From Sedimentisphaerales bacterium (GTDB lineage: Bacteria > Planctomycetota > Phycisphaerae > Sedimentisphaerales > SM23-30), in NCBI GenBank assembly GCA_963666285.1, contig OY762711.1: a DNA stretch of 64,000 bases. One strand, given 5' to 3'. The stretch's first letter is position 1; every line of letters starts with the position of its first letter. Below are positions 50,727-61,700 of the stretch, piece by piece. The notes below the pieces were generated by a model that worked only from the letters and a program-made list of their open reading frames with translations, searched no databases and had not been told where the DNA came from. Position numbers and translations under genes: made by a program.

Positions 50727-52679
50727 TTGAATATATTACATTTAACAATTACAAGCTGTTGCCGGAGATTTCCTGCTTTTGCATTATTTATTTCAATATT
50801 GATATTTCTATTTGCTGGTTCAGTATTCAGTGCTGATGAAAATTATTCTTCCGAAACCAGTCAAAGAGATGTCTGGTATAATATCAGTACAATTGAACTT
50901 AGATATCAATATAAAGGCCAGGATGGATTACCTGACCTTGACCGGCTTTATCAAGAGCAGTTTAATTTCTATGAAACTGAAAATGGCTATACTGGCGATA
51001 GTTCCGATAAATCAGTCTCTTTTTCTCTTACTAAATTTAAAGATTTGCCGAAACATAAATTCCATTTTACTGCCGTTAAGTCTATCCAGGATCAGTTGAT
51101 CAAATATCTGAATAGTATCGGCATAGGAGGTGTTGTTATATTGCCGGCATCTGGTCAGTTGGATATGAATAACTTGAATGATCTGCGTCCCGATGCCAAA
51201 CAAAAGCCTGTCCCTTTGATTATTGATATCTGGGTTGCCAGAGTAGCGAATATTTCTGTCAAATCAAAGAATGAAAAGCTCGAAAACCTCTCTCCTTCTA
51301 GTGCAAGAATACTTAAATATTCTCCTATCCGGCCGTCAGATGCAGAATCCCAAGACCCAAATATAGATTTACCTGATTCTACGGACCTGATTATTTCGCA
51401 AAAACTTGATAATTATCTTTACTTGCTTAACCGCCATCCCGGTCGTCGTGTTGACGCTGCTATAGCTCCCGGAAGTAAGCCGGGCGATGTTGACCTTGAA
51501 TATAATATTCGCCAAAATAAACCATGGCTTGCTTATGCCCAGATTTCCAATACCGGCAGTAAGGATACTAACGATTTTCGCCAGCGGTTCGGATACGTCA
51601 ATAATCAGTTTACCGGGAATGATGATATATTCAATATTGACTATCTCACAACGGACTTCAGCGATGTCCATTCTCTCGCATTATCATATGATCGTCCGTG
51701 GCGTGATTCTCAGCTTACACGGATAAAGTTTTATGGCAGCTATAACGATTTTATTTCATCTGAGATTGGTTCTGAAAGTTATTTTTCTGGAATGGAATCT
51801 ACTGCTGGTTTTGAGCTAAACACAAATGTCCGTCAAAAAGGCCGTCTTTTTATCGATCGGTTTGTCGGGCTCCGTTTTAGCAACTATAAGATCGAAAATT
51901 ATATTACTGAAGGTGAACATCATTTTGCTGATGAGTTAATGGTGGTTCCGGCTGTTGGTTATCGTCTGGAATATGATAGTGGTATTTGCAGAACTACCGG
52001 CCAGCTTGGCCTGGAAGCTAATCTGGCAGGAAATAGTACCGATGCTATGGAAAATTTCGGACGTAACAAACCTGATGGAAACTGGTGGAAATTAAACTGG
52101 AATATCAATCATAGCTTTTACCTGGAGCCGCTATTGGATCCGGATGGATGGCGCGATATAAATACTCCCAGGAATTCTACTCTTGCTCACGAAATTTCTT
52201 TATCCGGCAGAGGCCAATATACTCGCAGCAGGCTGATACCTCAGGAAAAAATGAGCGTTGGCGGGTTGTATTCTGTCAGGGGATATCGCCAGAGTTTTGT
52301 CAGTGGTGACAATGTTATGATCTTTAGTGGTGAGTATCGCTATCATATCCCTCGTGACTTTGATCTGGCTGCGCCGGGTAAACTTCCTGTTTTTGGTAAT
52401 AAGTTCCGCTGGGCTCCGGAGCAGGTTTACGGTTTTCCGGATTGGGATCTTATCTTCAGGACCTTTCTGGATGGTGGTTTCGCTACTCACAATGATATGA
52501 CTGATAACGAGGATAATTACGGACTCCTTAGTGGTGGTATTGGTTTGGAATTACAGTTTAACCGGTATTTCAGTTTACGCTGTGATTATGGAATTGTAAT
52601 TGAGGGAGTCGAAGCTAATGAGGAAAAAGCTGAAAGGGGCGACGGCCGCTTTCATATTAGCGGCATGGTTGCTTATTAG
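50727..52679 (+). CDS. TpsB (ShlB/FhaC/HecB family) two-partner secretion outer-membrane transporter
   Basis: LNRHPGR POTRA region, PGSKPG, SNTGS, GGLYSVRGY (VRGY motif) and beta-barrel C-terminus ending in Y; start uncertain. Confidence 0.9.
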   Translation: MNILHLTITSCCRRFPAFALFISILIFLFAGSVFSADENYSSETSQRDVWYNISTIELRYQYKGQDGLPDLDRLYQEQFNFYETENGYTGDSSDKSVSFSLTKFKDLPKHKFHFTAVKSIQDQLIKYLNSIGIGGVVILPASGQLDMNNLNDLRPDAKQKPVPLIIDIWVARVANISVKSKNEKLENLSPSSARILKYSPIRPSDAESQDPNIDLPDSTDLIISQKLDNYLYLLNRHPGRRVDAAIAPGSKPGDVDLEYNIRQNKPWLAYAQISNTGSKDTNDFRQRFGYVNNQFTGNDDIFNIDYLTTDFSDVHSLALSYDRPWRDSQLTRIKFYGSYNDFISSEIGSESYFSGMESTAGFELNTNVRQKGRLFIDRFVGLRFSNYKIENYITEGEHHFADELMVVPAVGYRLEYDSGICRTTGQLGLEANLAGNSTDAMENFGRNKPDGNWWKLNWNINHSFYLEPLLDPDGWRDINTPRNSTLAHEISLSGRGQYTRSRLIPQEKMSVGGLYSVRGYRQSFVSGDNVMIFSGEYRYHIPRDFDLAAPGKLPVFGNKFRWAPEQVYGFPDWDLIFRTFLDGGFATHNDMTDNEDNYGLLSGGIGLELQFNRYFSLRCDYGIVIEGVEANEEKAERGDGRFHISGMVAY

Positions 52680-52717
52680 TGTTTATGCCGGTTTTTTATG
52701 GGGATTGAAAACTAAAC

Positions 52718-55700
52718 ATGAGAAAGTATAGAAGATTAAAACTTAGCTATGCCGAAAAGGCTTTACAGAGAAGAAGAGAGTCAAATCTCAGGCGGTTCAG
52801 GTGTATCTCTCTTGTTATGCTGGCAGGGCTGTTGGGCTTGATACAACCTGCTTACGCTGCTCCGAAAGTAGATAATATCGCAAATGGACAGGTTTCTATT
52901 TCACAGGATGATAAACTGACTGAAATTACCGCGTCGGACAATGCCATTATCAATTATCATACTTTTGATATTGCTTATGACGAAACTGTTCGCTTTATTC
53001 AGCCGTCTGAAACCGCCCGTGTTCTTAACCGGGTTAATTCTGAAGATCCTTCCACAATAGCCGGTAAACTGCTTGCTAATGGACAGGTATATATTGTCAA
53101 TTCGGCGGGAATTTACTTTACTGATGGATCGCTTGTTGATGTTGGCTCTCTTTATGCGGCCGCCGGACAGATATCCGACCATGAATTCCTTGCCGGTCAG
53201 GATAATTTCCATGATTTATCCGGACAGGTTGTAAATGACGGCACGATTATGGCTGAAACGGTTGCTCTTGTTGGACGGTTTGTCGCTAATAACGGAGATA
53301 TTATTTCTCAGGATGGTCTTATTACTCTTGCTGCCGGTGACGATGTCTATCTTACTCGCGTGGGTAGCCATGTGATGGTTAAGGTTGCCGATATGTCTGA
53401 TGCGGCTGTGAGTAGTGATGATGGTATTTCCAATACCGGTTCAATAAATGCCGGCAATGGAGAAGTTTCCCTTGTTTCCAGCGATATAGTTGGTTTGGCT
53501 ATGGGTATATCTTCCGGCGGTAATATAAAGGCTGCCGATATTACCCTTGATTCCGGTGCCAATGGTTTAACAGAAGTTACAGGTAATCTTGACGCTTCCA
53601 GTGATATGGCAAATGGCGGGTCAGTTAAAGTCTTAGGTGACAAAATTGCACTGAAATCTGCTAGTATTGATGTTAGCGGTAAAACCGGTGGTGGTGAAGT
53701 GCTTGTTGGCGGCGATTTTCAGGGCAGCGGTGAAGTAAGAAACGCTTCCCGGACCTATATTGATTCAGATACTTCGATAACCGCAGATGCGGTTGAATCT
53801 GGCAACGGCGGCAAGGTTATATGCTGGGCAGATGAAATTACAGCTTTTATTGGTGACATTTCCGCAAAAGGTGGTGCAGAAAGCGGTGACGGTGGATTTG
53901 TTGAAGTTTCCGGTAAAGAAAACCTGATGTTTGATGGTTATGTTGATGCATCAGCAGAAAAGGGCCAGGACGGACAGCTTTTGCTTGACCCTCGTGATAT
54001 TGTTATTGGAGCTGCCGGTAATGATGATGGTGAAATTGATGACCTGTCTATTCTGTTTGATGATGGTCTAGTCAATGAGACTTTTGAAATAAGTGAAGCC
54101 AAATTGGAAATCCTGGCGGGTGGGGCTAATATTACGATACAGGCTGAAAGAAATCTGACAATTCAAGCAATGAGTGATGGTGTATTGAATTTTGCTACTA
54201 CTGCTGGTAATACTGTTACTCTTGAAGCTGACGCTAATAGTAATGGTGGCGATTTTATCATGAGTGACACCAGCGATACTATTCAGACCGCGGGTGGAAA
54301 TATTGTTATTACAACCGGCAGCAGCCAGTTTACCGCCGGCAGCTTTAATAGCAATGGCGGAGATATTAACCTTGATGCTGACGGCAGCATTTCAGTAAAT
54401 CAGATTACCACAAATGGCGGCGATCTTACTGTAGTTGCTGATGAAAATTATAATGCCGCCGGTGATTTTATCGCCTCTGGTACTATTTCTACTAATGGCG
54501 GTGATGTTTCCATTGATGGTGTTAATATCAATCTGGTTACTCTCAATTCTACTGGTGGTGATGTTATCCTTACTCCGGCAGAAATTGCTATTTCCACTGC
54601 TCTGAATACCGGTGCCGGTAATTTGACAATATATCCTCGCGTAGCTTCGCATATGGATATAGGTTCCGATGCTACTGGTCTGGATATTAGCGATACTGAA
54701 CTTGGCAGGATTACTTGCAGTGGAGTTTTTACCCTGGGTGATGCATCCAATACCAGCACAATGGATATTCAAAGCATTACAGATCATGCCGGTATTAGTG
54801 GGACAATGCAGTTCTTATCTAATGGTGATATCGAAATAGCGAATGGAACCATTTCGACTGTTACGACACCTTCGGTTGCATTTTATGCTGATGATGGAGT
54901 TAATATAAATGGAATTCTTATTCTCGGACAAGATACAGCTATAAATTGTGATACCGACGTTGATGGGATCGGTTCATTTTATGCCGGTTTTTCAGCGGAT
55001 CGTCTGGATACATCTGCTGCTAATGCTAATATTACTATTACTGCTGCCGATCTGGATTTTGGCGATGAATCTGCCGCAAGAATAGACGCTGGTTCTGGAA
55101 ATATTACACTCATTGCCAGCAATAATAGGACAATGGGTATAAGTACCGCTAACTTCAATGTAACTGATGCGGAAATGGATCGTATTGATACCACTGGTAC
55201 TCTTACTTTTGATACTGCCAGTTCGTTTACTGTTAATGAAAATATGACCTGTGAGCAAAGTACTGCTATTATTGCTGGTGGCGGTGTTACCCAGAATAAC
55301 CGGATAACTGTAGCCGGCAATCTATCAGTTACTGCCGATGTCGCAAATTCTAATATTGTGCTGACTCATAATCTTAATGATGTTTCCGGGACGGTCTCGC
55401 TTAATACCCTGGGAACCGGAGATGCAAGCTGGACTGAAAATAGTAATATTGATTTTGCGGCAAGTGCGGTATCGGGAGATCTGGCTGTTGATGCAAATGG
55501 TAATGATTTAGCAGATAGCGGAGCTGTTAGTGTTGGCCTAACTTTTGCTATTACTGATACCAACAATGTGACACTTGATTTGCTTTCCGGTGATATTGGA
55601 CTGGCGGCTTCTGATATAAATACGAACCTGGATTTGTCTGTTGCAAATGGTAGTATTACCCAGAGCGGCGCTCTTACTGTTGGCGGAACAGCGGATTTTG

Positions 55701-58700
55701 CTGTAACAACTGCTAACGAAGACATAACTCTTAATAATACTTCCAATGCAGTGACCGGCCAGGTCACTTTTTCAACTACCGGTACTACCGGTAATGTCGT
55801 TTTCGATAACGGCAGTACCGCGATAGACCTAGGGGCCAGTACCATAAATGGCGGTTTAGACATTGATTCATCCGGTCATCTTACGGTTAATGGTGCTGTT
55901 ACGACTGCTGGAGCTGCTTATCTGACTGTTGACGACATTACAATGACCAGCACCTTAAATGCCGGGACAGCTGCTATTACAATAGCACCAGATGATAACG
56001 GTACAATTGGCCTGGGAGCTACTCCTGGCAACATGACTCTAACTGATGGCGAACTTGACAATATTACTACAAGTGGTACGGTGACCTTTGATACCAACAG
56101 TGCTATTACTGTAGATTCTATAACCCCGTCAAATATTACTGGACAATTTTTCCTGGATTCGCTTTCTACTGTTTCATTTGTCAACGGAGGATCAACTTTC
56201 AGCGGTAATCTCAGGGTTAGGTGCACTGATCTTGATGTTTCTCAAACGGTTGACTGTGGTGCTAATAGTGTTTTAATTGGTGCGGTTAATAACAAGCATA
56301 TTTATCTTGGTACTGCCGCAGCTAATGGTAATATTGATATTACCGGTACTGAGCTTCAAAATATTACCGCTGCCGGTCTTGAATTAAATACTGGCGATGG
56401 AGAAAATATTTATGTTAATAATGTAACTGCGACTAATAGTAATAATATTGGTACTGTTATACTTGATTCTGCCGAAGATGTTATATTTCAGACTAATAAC
56501 TCTGTCTTTAATGCGTTAACGGTTGAAGCTGATGACGGCTTGGCAATCAATGATGGCATTATCCTGCAAACTGATACCGGGGCAATGAGTCTTGATGGCA
56601 ATGTTTCTGGCGGTGCATTTGCAATTACAACCGGTGGGAATATTACACTTGATTCTGCCGGGACGCTTACCCTGAATGAACTTACTGCCGGTGGTGATAT
56701 TGACATAACAGCTACCGACCTGACTATAAATCAGACTGTCAGCATGGGTGCCAATAGCCTTACAATAAACACTGCCGGAACTGTTGGTATTGGTGATACT
56801 GCAGGTGCTATGACTATCAGCCCGACAGAGTTTGGACGTATCAGTTCGACGACTGGTGATGTCACCATTATTTCTACCGGCGGCAGTTTTACCGTTAATA
56901 ATATTTCTGCGGCGAACTCTAACGGAATTGGCGGAATTGTTACACTTCAGGCTTCTGGTGATGATCAGAATATTACTTTTGCTTCAAACAATTCAACCTT
57001 TAATACTCTCACATTAAATTCTGATGATGGTATCTTCATCAATAATGTAATTGTCGGTACTGATGTTGGTGATTTTATCCTTACCCCGGATTTTGATGGC
57101 GGGGCCAATGATGCTAATGATAAGATAAACTTCTCTGGTGCTGGTGCGGGGATGATTACTGCGACCAGCTTTTCTGTTGGTACCATTAATGTAGCTAATG
57201 CTCTGACCTTGAGGGCTAACGGCAGTATCACATTTACCGCTGACCAGACTGTTCCTGATGGTATAAATATTGTTGCAGATTTAGATGCCAATGGTACCGG
57301 TAATTTTGTCACCAATGCAGGTGTTGATGTTAATACCAGTGGCAATAATGGAGATATAAATATCGCAGCTGCTAATTTACAGCTTAATGGCGATAGTCTT
57401 AATGCCGGTACGGGTACTATTACTTTTGTCCCTCAACAGGCAACCGATGTGTCCTTAGGTACCGACAGTGGTACGTTTGGCATATCTGCCGCTGAGCTTG
57501 CATTAATGACTGCTGATGCCTTGGTCATAGGTGACACTTCTGCTTCATTTAATACAACTTCTGCCCAGTTCTCCTCTGTTGCTATCGACGGCAACTTTGC
57601 TGCCGGTGCCAAAACCGTTGATATACAGACCAGCGGCACTGCAACTGTGAGTAATGGCATAACTCTATCCACTACCAATGAAAACATTACTATAAATGCC
57701 AATGACCTGGCTATGAATACTACTGGTGCTATAAATGCCGGAAGTGCCGCTTTGGCTTTGAATGTTGAAACCGCTGGTAATGATCTTGTGCTGGGCGGTA
57801 CCGGTCAGGAGTATAATATTGATGATACCGAGCTTGCCAATATTACTTCTGGATCGCTAACGATAACTGTCCGGGCTGATGATGATATATATGTTAGTGG
57901 TGTTGCTGATGCTGTCGCTGAGAATGTTGGCAGTGTTACATTGATAGCAACCGGTGATAACTCGACTATTACCTTTGATACTGCCTCTGCTCAGTTTGAC
58001 TCGCTTTCTGCCAGTGCTGATTCCGGTATAACTATTTCGCAGAATATTACTGCTGATACCGGTAACCTTGTTCTTGAAGGTGATGCCGACAATGCCGCCG
58101 ATGCTAATGATAATCTTGCTGTTTCTGATGGGGTTACTCTCACTTCCAGTAATGGTTCTGTTAGCCTGGCTGCTACTACCGGTGATATAGATGCTGCCGG
58201 GGCTCTTACATTGAATGCAGCTGCCGGTGTGACTATTTCTGATACTTATGTTGCCGCCGGGGCTGGCGCCTTAACTGTAAATGCCGATTCCGATGGCAAT
58301 GGGGCAGGTACCTTTACTGCCGGTTCTACTATTACTACCGTCAATAGCCTTGTTTCTATTACAGCAGCAGATGTTGTTCTCAATGGCAATGTTGATTCTG
58401 GTAATGGTGGTATTACAATCCTGCCATCAAACACTGCTGGTCAGACAGTTATTTTTGGTGCCGCTGGTGGTGATATGGGGTTAACTGCTGCTGAGGTCGG
58501 ATATCTAAATACCTCCGGAACTCTAACTGTTGGAAATGCCAATACAACATCACTTACAGTTTCAACTGATCCGACTAATTCGACCGGGGCTGTTATTCTT
58601 GTTTCATCTGATACTGGTGGTGTTATTATAGTTAATGGTGTCTTTACTCCTGATACTACTCTTAGTATGACAGCACTTGAAGGGATAACTGTCAGCAGTA

Positions 58701-61700
58701 ATATTACAACTGGCGGTACAATAACAATAGATGCCGATAGTGATGATACCAATAACGGCACTCTTACTGTTGACAATGGTGTAACTCTTGCCAGTACTAA
58801 CGATACGATAACAATAACTGCAAAAGATATTGTGTTAACCGGTACGGGCGCAATTGATAGTGGTTCTGCAGCTATGAGTATTACTCAGAGCCAGGCTGCC
58901 GGCACTATTGGTCTGGGTGGTACTGCTGGTACTATGCAGATCACTGATACTGAACTGGATAATATTACTGCAACCGGTTTTACTATTTATGCTCCGTCAG
59001 ATGTTACTATTAACGGGGTTACCGCTGATACTGGTAATACAATTGATGGAACTTTCCTGGTTGATGCGACCGGCAAAGTAACATTTGCTACTGCCGATTC
59101 GGATTTCAAAACACTTGAAATTCAGGCTGACGATGGAATACAGATCAATACAGTTACAGTTTCAACTGATACTGGTTCTATTACAATGGATGGTAATGTT
59201 GATAATTCTGCTGATGCTTCTGATACAATTGCTTTTGTTGGTGTATCAGGCCTTGATTCACAAACTACTATTGCATTAACATCTACAAATGATGGCATCA
59301 CTTCTGCCGCAGCGACAACGATTACGGCAAATGATCAGGTAACTGTTTCTGATGCCTTTGTTGCCTCTGCTGCTTTGGATGTCACTTCGAATAATAATGC
59401 GATTGTTTTCAGCAGTAATTTTACCGGCGGAGGTACTACTAATTTCTCTGCCGATGATGGTATTACACTTAATGGTAATGTTAGCCTAGGTGGTACTACC
59501 ACGTTCGATTCGGACGTAGATAACGGTGATAACAACGGTACCTTTACCCTCGCCGCGACCAGGACGATCACCACCAATAACCATGCGCTTACTATTTCCG
59601 CTGACGACCTTGACCTCGCCGGGAGCATTGCCGGAGGCGCCGGACTGCTCCGTTTGGACGTTTCAGATGGTGGTACAGCGGGGCTGGCCGCCGCGACGGG
59701 AGATTTCTCCGTGAGTACGGCGGAGCTTGCCCGTATCACCGGCCAGTCCGGCGGCATGACCGTTTCTGGGGCTTCCGGAACCGTTACAATAAATAGCATG
59801 GATGTCGATACCAACATTACCGGCACTACCACAATAGATGCAACCAACGATAATACTTCGGTTAACTTCACCGGAGCCGCTTCGGAATTTGCCGCTCTAA
59901 CCGTTAATTCTGATTCTGGTATTGATATAAGTGTTAATCTTACAACTACTAATGGAAACATGGTTCTAGAAGGTGATGCTGATAACGCCGCCGATACTAA
60001 CGACGATATCGACCTTACCGGTAATAGAACGCTAACTGCTGTCGGTGGTGAGTTAACCATGGACGCTACTACTGGCAAGATCGACGGAGACGGTACGCTG
60101 ACCCTGCGGGCTGATGACGGCATAACGATTAACGATAATCTCACTTCAGCTGGTACACTGACTATCGACGCTGATCGTGATGATGATACGACCGGCACTC
60201 TCACTATCGCAGGTGTGACGTCAAGCAGCAATAACCTCGTTGCTGTAACTGCTGATGATATAAGTATTACCGGAAGCTTAAGCTCCGGCACTGCTGATAT
60301 GTGGATTACCCCTTCTACAGCTATTAGTATAGGTCTTGGCACTGGCGCTGGTTCGATGTCTCTTACCGCTGCTGAAATTAACGCTCTAACTGCCAATGAC
60401 TTATATCTTGGGTTAGGTGTAGCTACCGATCTTGCGGTTAACACGATCACAACTGCGGGAATCAACGGTGATTTTTATATTGATATTACAGGTGATATGA
60501 GCATCGCCGGAGGTCAGTGGGACGCATCCGCCGATGACAGCAATTTCGATATCATCTGTAATGACATGAACTTAAGTGCAGATTTGAATGCTGACACCGG
60601 CTCTATCAGAGTAAGAACCAGCGATGGCGGCGGGATTGGCCTTGGTACCGCAGCCCAGGGCATGACTCTTAGCAACACAGATTTGGTAAGATTCGTAACC
60701 AGCGGGGGGCTGACCTTAGAAACGCAAGCTGGTGAAAACATTGAAGTTACAGGCGTAACAACCGGCAACACAAATAACATTACCGGCACTCTTACATTGG
60801 ACGCCGATACCAATGGCAGCCAGGTAAACTTTACTAATACCGCTTCAGCACTGCGTAATAATGTCGTAGTACGGGCAGACAACGGCGTAGACATCGACGT
60901 TAATCTGACGGTGGAGAACGGTAGTCTAAGCATTAACGGCGATACTGACAGCGTAGCAGATGGACGTGACTACATATCAATGGCCAATGGTGTGACGATA
61001 ACGGCCGGCAATGGTGCGTTAACGCTAACGGCGGCCAGTGGAGACCTGCTAGCCGATGGAGCATTGACCCTGACATCGACCGGCAAAACTACTATAAATG
61101 ATGATTTAACAACAAATAATGGTGCCAGTACTAACTTGCCTCTAATTATAAATGCCAGTGACCTTGATTTTAATGGATCAGCTCTAAATGCAGATGCAGG
61201 TGCAATTACTATTCGACCATCATCTGTAAGCAATATGGGCCTAGGCGGCACGGCAACAGGAGCGTTTGATTTTACTGATGCAGAATTTGATAAGATAACA
61301 ACAAGTGGTTTGGTGACATTTGGTGGCACCAATGCCGCTAACATAACTGTAGATGGCTTTACAGCTTCTGCTAATGTAAGTGGTGGTGTTTCAATAGTTT
61401 CTGGTCAGAATGCCGGCAGTATCGTTTTTGCTAATAATTCCAGTAGTTTTCAGAATACACTAAACTTACAAGCTCTTGATGGCATTACAATAAATGATGA
61501 TGTTACATCAGGAGGTGCCATCACCATTAATTCTGACACTGATGCAGGTGATAATGTTGGTTTACTAACAATTGCAAATGGAATAACTATAGATTCTACA
61601 AATACTAATATTAATATCACTGCTGATGATATATCAATAGGTGCAGGTGGAAGTATTGATGCCGGTGCTGCGGACATGTTAATAACTGATTCAGACAACA

